NCBI GenBank assembly: GCA_013265495.1
Contig: MU061579.1
Location: 296,872-360,871, forward strand
Source of the DNA: Vicugna vicugna
Lineage: Eukaryota
Length of the DNA: 64,000 nt
Reading direction: 5' to 3'
Part shown: piece by piece, positions 51,985 to 64,000 of the stretch
Position numbering within the stretch: position 1 is the first letter of the stretch
How the letters are laid out: every line of letters begins with the position of its first letter
Program-made: the position numbers and the translations under genes
Notes under the pieces: generated by a model
Database searches by the model: none
What the model saw: the letters and a program-made list of their open reading frames with translations, nothing else
What the model was told of the DNA's origin: nothing

Positions 51985-53437
51985 AACCTTTCTTGAAATT
52001 GCAACAAATCAAAGAGATAATGTGGAGTTGCTCTGTTGGAAGTTAGAAAATCCCGGCAGCTAAGTGGCTCTCACTCTTATACGTATAATCCCTACTAACT
52101 AGATATGAAATAGATGGAAAGATACTGGTTTATATGGATGTGACTCATATACCCCTGTGCAAATATGGTTAAATGGATTTGATGGCAAGGCTAGTACATG
52201 TAAATGTGCACGGATTATGTGACCTGATATGCATACGACATGCATTTCATTGCAAGATCATATTGATATTTTGATTCACTGTAAATATGAAAAGGCAATT
52301 ATTCCACATCAGCCTGATTACAAATAGTTCAATCAAATTGTATATAGGCAGAATGACACTGTGTAAGCACAGACCACACATTGATGCAGGATTTACATAA
52401 TTACTTTATCAAACACAAATACAACGCACTTTCACTTCATGAAAAAGTTAGTACACTAAAAGGATTATATTGGTAAAATGGTTTGCTTTTGAAACAGTAT
52501 GAAATTATTTCTACCTTTATTTACTGTCAACGTAATGCTTATCTTTCAATGAAATCAAATTGGGAGGAAGGAATTCAGTATGTTTTAACATTCTAGATTT
52601 TTAAGTTCTTAATCAGGGTGCAAGTTCCTCACCAGAGGACTTTAAATGCATAGCATTCTAAGCATAGATTATAAAGAATGCACACAGAGGCATGTAACCA
52701 GGTGATATCTTGTACGATATATTGGCGTGATGCTTTCTGTTGGCTCACAGAGGATTTTGCTCCACTGATTTGATGGCAGGTTGTCCTAGGTCGTATTTTA
52801 ACAAGTTTCATTTCCGCTAACAGACGTGTTATCATTCTCTAGAGCTTTCTTCTCTGCACAGCATTTTCCAGAGGATGTATATGTGAGTGAGTGAGTGAGT
52901 GTGTGTATAAAATGCTACTCTTTACCTTGCTAAGTATTCAGTGGGCAAGGTCACTTTTAAAAGCAGTCCCTTTAGTATTGATAGAGCTGTCTCCTCTGAC
53001 TTGTTTCTCCTAAAATATTGGGTAATGGATGTCTACAGGTGATTTTTAAAAATAGGAATATTATTCAAGGATTAGAGCGTTATAGCCTCCCTTACCTGTG
53101 TAAGAAGGTGCCAGTCTGATGTGTGATGGATGGTCTTATAAAGCATTAGGGGTATCTCTGTATGCAATGTCTTTGACCACATGGGGAAGTAAAATCAATA
53201 TACGCGCTAATATGGCATGCAGCATAGGTCTATTAGAGTAGCTTGTTGATTCAGTAGTTTTAAATGGTTTCTATGTAATAAATGCCACAAAGCAATAATA
53301 ATAGTGTGATTTTTCTAGTCTTCAGAATGAGAGGCACGTGACTGGGAATACTGTGTGGTTTGAGATTGGAGTGGGAAGAGAGCTCTGCTGGTTCATGAGT
53401 CAGAGGAGGCATTGAGGGGGCTTTCTTCCCAATGGAG

Positions 53438-53692
53438 TGCTATTGGTTGAATTGTGCCCCACCCCCCAAGCAATACATATAAAAGTCCTAACCACCAGTA
53501 ACTCAGAGCGTGGCCTTAATTGGAAATAAGATGTCTGGAGTAGGATGTTAATGAGATGGAGTAAATAAGATGACTGGAGTAGGATGGCCCCTAATGCAAT
53601 ATGACTGGTGTCCTTATAAGAGGAAAGTACCACATGAACTCACGGAAACACATGGGGGAAGATAATGTAAAGAGATAAGGGAGAAGCCATGC
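53438..53692 (+). mobile_element. MLT1B-like LTR, 3'-truncated
   Basis: tgctattggttgaattgtgcccc...aagtcctaaccaccagta...atatgactggtgtccttataagagga. Confidence 0.85.
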
Positions 53693-55467
53693 TTCAAATC
53701 GAATAATAGCCTTGACAGGTAGAATAATTTTGGTTATAATTGTTTCTCCTTTCATTAATTTAAATATATTGTGCTACTTCTTCTGGCCTGCAGAGTTTCT
53801 GTTGAAGTCAGCTGATAGCTTTATAGCCTTATGTGTTCCCTTGTACATAAATTGTTCCTTTTCCCTGGCTACTTTTAATATTCTCTCTTTAAGTTTTTGC
53901 CACTTTAATGACAGTGTGTCTTGGTGTGGTCTTTGAGTTGGTCCTGTTTGGGGCTCTGTGCTTCATGGACCTGGATGTCCGTTTCCTTCCCCAGGTTAAG
54001 GAAGTTCTCAGCTATTACGTCTTCAATTATGGTCTCTGCTGCTTTCTCTTTCTGTTTTCTCTTTCTAGGACCCCTATAATGTGAATGTTAACGTGCTTGA
54101 TGTTTTCCTAGAGGACTCTTAAACTGTCCTAATTTTTTCATTCTTTTTTCTTTTTCCTGTTCACCTTGGGTGATTTCTACTACTTTGTCTTCCAGCACAT
54201 TGACCTGTTCCTCTGTGTCATTTAGTCTACTGTTGATTGTTTCTGGTGTATTTTTAAGTTCAGTTACTGTATTCTTCATCTCTGGTTTTTCTTTGTATTT
54301 TCTACCTGTTTGTTAAAGTTCTCACTGTGTTTGTACATTCTTCTTTTGAATTCTTTGAGCATCTTTCTGATCATTGCCTTGAACTCGATGTAGGGTAATA
54401 TACCTATCTCAACTTCATTTCATTCTTCTACGGTTTTATTTTGATCCTTCATTTGGAAGATTTTCTTCTGCCACCTCATTTTTCATAATTTGCTGTTTTC
54501 ATTTCTATATGTCTTGTAGGTTGGTTACGTTTCCTGACCTCATTGAAGTGTCCTTCTGTAGAAGATATGCTGTGCATCCCAGCAGCACACTCCCTCTGGC
54601 CATCAAATCTATATGCTCCAGGGGTGCCCCCGTTTGGGCTGTGTGTGGTGGAGGGTTAATTATGTGGGCAGCCTGGTGGGCGTGGCTGGCCCCTGGTCTG
54701 GTTGGTTGCCAGGCCCTGCCTTGTGCATAGAATGGCAGCTGCTGGTTGGCGGGGCCAGTTCTGAGTGGGTGACTGAGATCAGGGGATTGAGGATGTAGTG
54801 TCAGTCTTCTATGGGCCAGTTTCTGTGGATCCCAGGGTGTCCCAAAGCTGGCTTTGGCCTCCTGGTGAGGGGTTGGAGCCTAGGGGTCCAAGGTGTGTCC
54901 AAGCTGGTACTGGCCTGCTGGCTTATGGGGCTGGGGCCCAGGGAGTCCAGAGGCTAGTGCTGGCTCACTAGTGGGTGAAACTTGGTTCCTGGGTCCCTGG
55001 TTTCAGGGCCCTGGGGGTCCCAGAGTTGATGCTGGTCTGCTCATGGTTGGGCTGGATCCTGGTATGGGAGGTCACAGGGCTATGGTGGTCCCTGAGCTGG
55101 TGTCTGCCCACTGGTGGGCAGGGCTGGGGCCCAGGGGATCCCAGGGCTGATTCTGGAGGCTTATCTTCCCAGTACTGAACCCCCAAGCTGGGGAACCCAA
55201 TGTGGGGCTCAGAAAATTTACTCCTTGGAGAAAACTTCTGCAATTGTAATTATCCTGCCACTTGTGGGTCACCCACTACGGGTACAGTTCTTGACTATAA
55301 CATGTCTCCACCTTCTCACCTGTCCTTTGTATCTTTAGTTGTAGGCAACCTTTTCTGTTAGTTTTCAAGTTTTTCTCAACAATAGTTGCTCCAGAAATAG
55401 TTGCAATTTTGGTGTGTTTGTCGAAGGAGGTGAGCTCAGGGTCTACTTCCTGGGCCATCTTGCTCAT
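53693..55467 (-). mobile_element. L1 5'UTR + ORF1 remnant (ORF2 and 3' end absent)
   Basis: ORF1 peptide MKNTVTELKNTPETINSRLNDTEEQVNVLEDKVVEITQGEQEKEKRMKK (54088-54279); GC-rich 5'UTR; CAAGATGGC YY1-type motif at 55462-55454. Confidence 0.9.
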
Positions 55468-56867
55468 TTTCTCGTTAATATTTTAGATGTATTTTGTTTT
55501 TTAATCTTTTGGGCACTTGAAGTTTTCCTAACAACATGGTATGTGCCAGATATGGTATAATTATTTTATATTACTTATCCTTTTAATGTAATTCTTACAA
55601 TGGCCTTCTGAGATAGGCATTATTTTCTATGTGTTTATAGCTCAAATTGAGATGTGACGTCATAGTCAGCATTTAAGTGCAACTTTGCATGATATCAAAT
55701 TCTGTTGTTGTCCCTGCTCTAAAAAGCCTCCTTTTTATTTATATGTAAATCAAATATCCACGCTGGCCTTAAGGGTTCCGGAGATCCCTGAGAAATTTAT
55801 ACATACAGTTATCTATGCCTCAGACAGTTACCATCGTCTGTCAATAAATCTTCTAGGCTCCCCGAAACATAAACATCAATAGTAATTTTGGATTGTAATT
55901 TAATGGTAATACTAATCCTATTTTGTTTCACTAGGAGAAATTTTTGAAGTTAACATTAAGTTATTGTCTGAGGGGGAAAAAAACACACTGTGCTCCTGAC
56001 ACATGAACTAGCAGCAATGTACGCAGCGCGCATTTGTAACTGACAGTGCCTACGGCTCCATTTAGGTCTGATTCATCAGTCATGTCATCTTCTGAAAGTA
56101 CTAGAAATAGCGGCAAAGCTGGAGTGCCTTTTGAGATGTCCTTTTACACTTCCATAAGGTTATAGTACATCCATTAATACGGATGACAAAGGGAATGTCA
56201 TCTGAGTTGAGTGAATGGATGCCAAGGCACTAAAAGCCCCATTGTCTCGGGTGAGGGGGCAAATGTGCAGCCTTGGGAAATGGAAATTTCCAGTTCCCTC
56301 TCTTATGTGGTCACACATGATGCACATTGTCCTTGCAGATTTGTGAGAAAGATGGTCATCAACCACCAAATAACATGACATATGTATCTAGACCTTGAAG
56401 TTAGCCCATATCAGTCTTCATCTGTTCCCAGCTGATGGGCTCTCTCTTATAATAAATGTCAGTTGCCTAGAAGTGTGAAGCCACAGTGGGTTTCCAGGGC
56501 CAAAACAGGCCCCAAATAAGGTCATGCTTAGAAGAACACAGGAAACGTGTCAGAATTTTGTATGTGACATTTTAGCAGAATTGGTTGATTGGAAATGGTG
56601 TGCTGGTGAAGAGTCACATTAGAGTCAAACCACCTCTCCCATAACAAGAATAGAAGTAAAACTGAGAAAACATTGGACATTTGATGTCAGTGAACATCAA
56701 ATAATCTCTAGTAATAAATAATCTCTAAAGCAGTTAGAAGTAGAAATACATGAAATACGCAGAGATGTTGAAGGAGAAATATACTGAATATTTGTAGCCT
56801 CCATTTTCTGGGTAAAAGCCCACTGAGCTAAGGGAAGACTTTGGAAACCTAAGCGTGTGTTTTACTA

Positions 56868-57010
56868 GAGCAGTTTTTCTCTAAGATACTTCATGGCTCA
56901 TCTTTGGAGCTCAGAATTCAGGGCCCACTTCAGATTTGACGACTCTGAATTGTTAGGAATGAAGGCTGGAAATCTTGATTTGAAGTAAGCTCATAGTTCA
57001 TTCTCACTGA
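56868..57010. mobile_element. MER5-like hAT fragment
   Basis: agcagtttttctc...gaattcagggcccacttcagatt...tctgaattgttagg. Confidence 0.45.
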
Positions 57011-58773
57011 GATCCCTGGAGATAAACCAACAATTGGCTGGATGGTTCTCAGTCTCTTCTTGGTTCAATCATTCCTTCTGCCCCCACTTTCTTCTTCTGC
57101 CCTAGAACTCACCCTCTCCCTAATTCGACAGTATTCATAAAAAGAGAAGTCGATGTATTCTTCTACAGGAATATTAAGCTTTTATTTTCTTATCTGTAAA
57201 ATGGTTATCATGATACATATCCCAGCTGGTGCCATTGTAAGGTTGATTCTTCCACATAAGGTACTCTGAATTGAATCTACTATGTTAATTTTATTGATGA
57301 ATTCCCAGATTATTCTAATTTAGTTTGCACTGACAGAGAGCAGTGAAATTAACTGTATGATTTTTTTTTTCACATCTAAAGTCCCTGGTTTGTGATAGCT
57401 CTAACTGTGTAAGTAAATTTTCCAAGGAGCACTAGGTGCTATGTGCATATGTCAGAAAATATCTATGAATAATATTAAGTGATTAGGGAATTAGAAGTAG
57501 CAGCTTTACATTATTGAAAGAAAACATTATTTTTTAAGAAAATCAGTTTGGTCTTTGGTCAAATGACCCGCTCTGTATTTTGCCAGTCACTCATGGTGCA
57601 AGCATTTTTAAATAGCTTTCTGCTACAAATGTCTCTCAAACATGCTAGCTATGCATAGAAGGAGTACTCCACCTTTTGATTCAAAAATCAATGCACCTTA
57701 CCATGGTTTCACTGATAGAACATCTTCCATGGTAATCTGAACTGATTTTTACGGAGATATGACAACCGAGCATTTTAACAGAGCAGAGAAATACTCCATG
57801 AGACATACTGCTTCATTTAGCATTTACATTTGGTTAGCACTTTGCATCTATTAAGAGCATGGCAATCATTTCTATTAGTTAACAGTGAGTAAAGTCAATA
57901 TTGTTTCTCACACTTTTCAAAGAAAATATTTAAGTGCAGACAAATGAAGTGATTTTAGCCATGCAAGTAAGAAAGTGGTGATTTGTGAGTTCCAATGTCA
58001 GCTTAAAGATACTGTTAGATTATTACTCTCACTTAAATTACCAACCCAGTATTTGCTCTTGCTCTCAAGAGAGTGAGGAAAAAATGCCCAAAGATCACAA
58101 TGACTGCCCTCTTTTTATAAGCCTATATCTATTTAGAGAGAAATAAAATTTAAAGACTAGAACCAAAACTACTAAATATGCTATCATTGTATCTTCTTTA
58201 AATCCTTTCTCTCTTACCATATATATATTTCATGTCTAAGATGTTCTAGCTTCGGTAGGAAATTAAGAAGTACAAAGAGAAGTAATTGACTGAATTGTAG
58301 ACTAAATTGTGATACTGTTAGATGTACAGTTGAAGCTTTTAGCACTTATAGTTATTTCATTTCACTCTAAATTTTAGCAAAATCTTCTTTCTAAATAAAA
58401 TTTCAAAAAATTTGCTCTTAATAAGAAGTGAGAAAGTGGTTAGTCCAAATTTGGTTTTGGTGGAGGACCATATAATCAAGTATAGAATTTCAAGCAAAAA
58501 CAAGAATCTCAACAAATATTTCCTGATTTAAAAAATTAATTAATTTAGTATAATGTAAGATAGCTATAGAGCTTAGCAGCAATAAGCATTACAAATGTTA
58601 TCAAAACTCAGAAGCAGAATTTCTAGAACTATTTAATGTGATGCTAGTATAGCCTTCTCTAATTTACTTTAAATTATTTAAAGTCACATATACTTTGAGC
58701 ATTTACTATGCTGACAGTCAAAAAATACATAGGCAACAGATAAGTAAAATTATAGTTAAAAATGAATTAGTAA

Positions 58774-58925
58774 AAGAATGTGACAATGAATATATGTATG
58801 TTCATGTATAACTGAAAAATTGTGCTGTACACTGAAAATTGACACATTATAAGCTGACTATAACTCAATAAATAAAAATTACAAAAAAAATAAAAGGTAG
58901 AAACCACTTAACCATCTCAATAGAA
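58774..58925 (+). mobile_element. Short camelid L1 3'-end insertion with extra sequence after the A-tail
   Basis: gaatgtgacaatgaatatatgtatgttcatgtataactgaaaaattgtgct...gactataactcaataa; degenerate TSD aaaaatgaattagtaa / aaaaatgagttaagtaa. Confidence 0.85.
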
Positions 58926-59799
58926 AAAAATGAGTTAAGTAACTTAATGTATGTAAAAGCATATTGGAAACAGCCTTTTTATATATAATCATGTTTATCT
59001 TTTCTCACATTCTTAATTATTTAAGTATCTGCTGTTTGTCTTGCAAGCATATGGCTTACACTTTGGGGCACCAGGAATACTGAAATGAGAATCTGTATAT
59101 AGAAATGGTGTGGTTCAGAAAAAGCAAGAAATCCTTAAAAGTCAAATTATCCCCATAATTTTCATTTTAGTCTACATTATTCCCCTTTTCCGTGATACCT
59201 TGATTTGATCTTCCAAGATGTACAAGCTAGTAATCTCTCTTCCCACTTTGACATGTCCCAGAAAAACTTTGCAGTAGAATAGGAAAAAGGGGTAAATAAA
59301 ACTGAAAGCTTCTCGCTGCTCTCATAGAATAAGCAAATGACCTTAGGCAAACCAATTAATGCACTGGAATTTCCATTTCCCCATCTTCAATATAGAAATA
59401 ATGACATGGTGCCTCAAGGAAGGTTGTAATAAAGTTAATAGAAATTTAGAAATGGTCTAATATCCAAGGTCCATATCTGACATCAAAGAAAATAAATGGC
59501 AGACAGCTTGATGTCATGGAATCCATTGGGTTTTGAACTGTGGATTTTAAGATATCTACCTTTTCTGGTATTTCGTTTTTTCTTCAAGAGGAGGTAAGTT
59601 ACTTTTAAAAAGTCTATAATATATGTGTTCTTACCAAGCTTTATTTTCTTACTGTCACCAAAGCTAGCAAAGATTTATAAAACCCTCACTGCTCAAGGCC
59701 AATCTATTGACTTGGTGTCAACTCTACTTCTATTTAGAGATAAGACTGAAAAAAAAAATAAAAGAAGAAGAAGCAAAAGAATAAAAAACAAACAAAAAT

Positions 59800-60260
59800 G
59801 AATTTTATGTTCAATTTTATGTTAAGTAAAAAAGAAGCTACTGAATGTCTTTAAGCAGGAAAATGGTATAATCAGATTTCTGTGTATACTTGGAGACAAA
59901 ATTGCAAAGGAACAGGAGTAAAGAGTCAGAAGAATGTTGCCTTGACCACATGAAAGATAATAGTGACTTGATCTAGGCCATTGTCAGAGAACCTGGAGAG
60001 TTGGAAATAATAATTAAAGGATAGGGAAGAGGTTGATTGAATAGTACTTAATGAGCAGTTGTCTATGGGAAGTAAAGGCGAGGAAAGAGTCAAGAATAAT
60101 GCTCAGGTTTTTGGTGTGGGTCACTGGTAGTACTTTTCATGGAGTAGGGGGCCAAAGGAAGATCAATTTGGAAGGAGGTATAGTTAATACATTCCATTTT
60201 GAATTTGTATATGTTGAGGTGCCCATGGAATAGCAAGTGGACTTTTCCAGGATAGGTGTC
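59800..60260 (-). mobile_element. L2 fragment
   Basis: ttaagcaggaaaatggtataatcagattt; gagtcaagaataatgctcaggtttttgg; gtatatgttgaggtgccc. Confidence 0.7.
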
Positions 60261-60979
60261 TATATCTGAATATATATGTCTGAAAATGGCAAATATCTTC
60301 AGCCTCAAAGGTGAAGGGAACCATTCAAAATTTTCATCGTCTATTATGGATGAGCCTTGATTAAGGTGTTGGTTGCCTCATAATAGAAAAGCAAAATATG
60401 AATATGGACTTTACTCATACCAATTCTACCAAATCACCCTGGATTAAAGTGTACAGTGAGAGAATAAGACTGGTAGCAGAGTTATTGGCAGGACAAAACT
60501 GATACTACCAGGAAAAAAACAATAGAAAGTTGCCTACCATATATTCTTTCTACTTTGTATATTTTCTACTTTCTGTCTGAATTCAAAGTAATTATCTCAT
60601 TATTTCTTTAGGTTTAAAGTTCAGAGATTCTGTTAGCTTACTACTTTTTAAAAATTACTCCTCATTCATTCTTTCCTTTTTTTTTTTGTCCAAACAAGCA
60701 TTGTGTTGAGTACATCTGAGTTTCATTTTAGGTGTTCTTCTGGGTGCTGAGGACACAACTGTGATGAACACATTCTCTGAAGTCAGAATATACATAGTTC
60801 TTCCTCTGTTGAAATTACATAATCTGTTGTATTTTTTCCTATCATCATAGGGATTTTGGTAGCAGAAAAATATTCATCATATCCAAGTGATGTTTAAATA
60901 ACAGGAGTGATGACAGTGGAGCAGACAGTTCTGAAGGACAAGGGGAGCTCTGAGATAGCCATTACTGCTACTCAGCCTT

Positions 60980-61282
60980 AGTTTTGATTCTCCCCCTGCC
61001 GGGCAGGCACATGGCAAGACTGATGCTCCTCTCTTCTCCTAAAGTGAGGCACAATTATGTGATTTGAGTTGGCCAACAAATGAGGCCTTTGAGTTTCATC
61101 CTCTGTTGGCAGTAGTCCAGATATAAGGCGACTCCATATGGGATCCCAAAGGAAAATATGAAGACTCCTCTGCTTACTCAAGATATGTGGCATGCGAAAA
61201 ATATGCCTTTTCTGCTTTAAACTGCTAAGATCGTGGGGGCTGTTTGCTGTAGTCACACACGCTAGTCCATCCTGGTCGATAC
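60980..61282 (+). mobile_element. Old MLT1 (I/J-type) LTR fragment
   Basis: atgtgatttgagttggccaacaaatgagg...tttaaactgctaagatcgtgggggctgtttgctg...catcctggtcgatac. Confidence 0.6.
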
Positions 61283-62256
61283 GGGAGCCAAACTACAAAT
61301 ACCAATGATAAAGTTCAACTAACAAACCGACTTTTGTTTTATAGTTTTGGATAGTGATTGCTCTGTTTATGATATGAGTAATGGGGAGGCACAAATAAGA
61401 TGAAGGGGGGATAAGGGTGGAAATTTTTCTGCTTCTTGTATACTGTCACATTGATGATTGACTTTAAAGAAGTGCAGTTTCTCTGTAGCCATCATGTATT
61501 GAACTGACAAGATTCCAGTCTGCTTGTGACAAAATGGAGACTTGAGGAATACCGAACTCAAATGTTTGCAGACTCATTTGATTAATGCTCTCCAGAGACT
61601 GAACTTCACTGAAGAATAAGTTTCAGGGCTTTTTTGCTGATTAGTTATTTGAAGAATTATAAAAGGAAAAGATAGTAGTTGGTGGGAATATTTTTTGCAC
61701 AGTTTTATTCAATGGATACAACATGTGCTGACAAACAAGACGTTATACTCATTCGTATCTCACAGACTTGAAGGTTTGAATATCAAATGTTTGATACTTT
61801 CGCTGTGGTATCTTGACAGTTCTGTGTTTGACTCTGGGATAAGCTATCAGTCAATAATCTCTTGAGAACTGAATATTAGAGAAAGCTAAGTGTTTATTTC
61901 ATCAGCTTTTTGATACATATAATAGTTTCTGTTTCAACCTGCAGGCCAATTCATCTCAAAGTGCTTGGCACATGTAATAAGAAAAGAATATCCTTAATAA
62001 TGAGTGATGGCAGAGCTAATTTAAAAGGAGCAGTGAGTACAGAAATATTAAAACTTTAATCATTAACTTTTAACCAGGGCAATGTGGAGCAACTCAGTGA
62101 TGTGTTATCTTTTCATTTTCTACACTGTCTGACAGCACATCTTTGATGGTTAAAATCAAGGTGAGAGGAGTGAGAATAAGAGGCCTGGATGATCCATTAG
62201 AATAGTTGATGAGAAGTTCAAAGTCTTATTTTATAAAATGTTAAACTCTTCTAGAC

Positions 62257-62409
62257 CAGTGATTCTCAACGATAGATGACTTTTCTCCCAAGGGACATTT
62301 GACAATCTGGAGACATTCTTAGCTGTGGCTACCGGGAGGTTAGGATGGGTGCTACTGGCACCTAGAGTGTAGCCCAGTGTGACCATAATGTCAACACTGA
62401 GAAATCCAG
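62257..62409 (+). mobile_element. MER20 hAT MITE (internally deleted)
   Basis: cagtgattctcaac...gggacatttgacaatctggagacatt...gtgctactggcacctag...tgagaaatccag; 8-bp TSD ttctagac/ttctaggt. Confidence 0.85.
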
Positions 62410-62869
62410 TTCTAGGTCAGCCTCCTCACTTTACAGAGACTATATCCAAGACTTGTGCATCCATACTAAAATACTTAACTGAATGCCCAGTTATCCAAGG
62501 TCTTGTGCTGAGTATATGGACTGAAAAAATAAACCAAAACAGTCAAAATCCTGCCTTCAGGATGTTTTGGGTTAGAGGATGAGGGAAGAGGTGTTGTGAC
62601 CCATAGAAATCCTTTTAGCAGAAACATTAAGTAAAAATATCTGAAATTTTTGAAGCCTAAAATTATCCTGTGTTCATGCTTGTATCCCCTTCTTACTCCC
62701 CAAGCCCTGACATCCAGTAGCCTAATAAAGGTTAAGTAAAGAAATAAACCAAAGAAACTCATTATCATGCATCAAAACAAAAGCCCTAAAGTTCTATTAT
62801 TCAATTACTATTTTATAGAACAATAATGGATTCTAAGCACATTTCTAAATTTTAGACATACTGAATTTA

Positions 62870-63900
62870 ATAAAAGAGGCAAAGATCTTTCCTCTCATGG
62901 AACTGATATTTTAGAAAGAGGAGGTATAAAAACCAAATAACTAAGTAAGTTATATAATATTTAAGGCCCTTGGCAAGAGGAATAAGAGCTGAAGAGGAAA
63001 AAAGTGGTTATTTGCCTAGACAATTGATTTGTAGTAAACAGTCCCACTAAAAATTACCTGGAATATCCATGACAATTATCAGGACAACTTTTCTGCTAAA
63101 TAAAATATTTAAGCTTAAGATAGAGAAAAATGAAGAATGATGTAAGGTGTTCTACGGGTAGAAACAGAGTTAAACTGTAAAACAGTGTGGTTGGGAGATA
63201 ACTCACTGGAAAGGTGATAGCCAGGCAAAAGCCAGAGGAGAAGAGGCAGTGAACTATGTAGATTCAAGGCCAGTGGGTTGAGGCGTGGGTGCTGATGTTC
63301 TAAGGACGAGGAATGATGAAAGGCATACAAATGAGCTAATATTCCTGCAGTAAAATAAAGAGAAACAGAATAGGAAATAGTTTCTTAGAGATTAAAGACT
63401 GGGGGATTTGGAGGTGAAGTTAGACTCTTCCAGCTCATGGTGAAGTCTTCAGTTTTCACCCAGACTAACATGGGGAGCCATCGGCAGGTGTCAGTGGTGG
63501 AGGGAAGGATCTGACTCACCTATGACAGAGTCACTTTGACTGCTGTGTTGAGACAGTCTGAGGTGGTGGGGATGGAAAAGGGGGAGTGGAGGGCCAGAGG
63601 GGACCAGCTGGGTGGTTATCTCCATGATCCCAGTGGCTGATGATGGTGACCTGGACCATAGTGGGAGATCTTGAGAAATGTTCATTTTCTGCATACATTT
63701 TGACCATTATGAAGATAAAGCTAAGGGAATCTGCAAGTGGATGGAATGTGAAGTATAAGAGAAAGAGAGGATCATGGGTGACTAAGGATTTGGTCATGAA
63801 CAATTAGGGGTTTGAAGTTTCCATTTACTGAGATGGTAAAGATTATTGGAGAAGCAGGTTGAGCTGGGGTTAGGAGGGTAATATCAGAAGCCCAGATTCA
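62870..63900 (-). mobile_element. L2 fragment(s)
   Basis: ggggagccatcggcaggtg...tcactttgactgctgtgttgaga...gatgatggtgacctggacca...gtttccatttactgagatgg. Confidence 0.75.
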
Positions 63901-64000
63901 AAAAGTCATTGGTCTTAGGTTATTTACCTAAAAGGAAACTATATAACTTGAAAGTCATCTGAAAAAAGGTTGAACATATAAACAGGCAGGCTTCTCACAG

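Noticed and set aside
54509..55467. Dense ORF cluster or gene promoter
   Set aside because: GC-rich, CpG-decayed L1 5'UTR
1700..61282. LTR orientation bias as evidence for an enclosing intron
   Set aside because: LTRs occur on both strands in similar numbers, so there is no usable bias
1..64000. Novel multi-gene, CRISPR or defence-type system
   Set aside because: Mammalian non-coding DNA with no long ORFs (maximum 143 aa), no operon structure and no regularly spaced repeat-spacer array

Overview
AT-rich, repeat-dense mammalian genomic DNA, almost certainly camelid (alpaca/llama/camel), based on a Vic-1-type tRNA-derived SINE at 24905-25058 and camelid-style L1 3' ends. I see no complete gene, rRNA, true tRNA, CRISPR array or prokaryotic system. 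Most ORF-track entries are L1/MaLR remnants or chance ORFs. A large part of the window is transposable-element fossils: L1 of several ages, L2, MIR, MaLR/ERVL/ERV1 LTRs and hAT DNA transposons. These include a two-LTR MLT1A-type provirus nested inside an MLT1D-like LTR inside an L2. The best non-repeat signal is a minus-strand exon candidate at 127-486 with strong splice sites and a 66-codon ORF running into the donor; I could not identify the gene. Two weaker minus-strand ATG-to-donor candidates (52633-52835, 57702-57730) and several TE-poor islands with TF motifs are also reported. Repeat family names come from recalled consensus sequences, not a search. Boundaries without a TSD are approximate.
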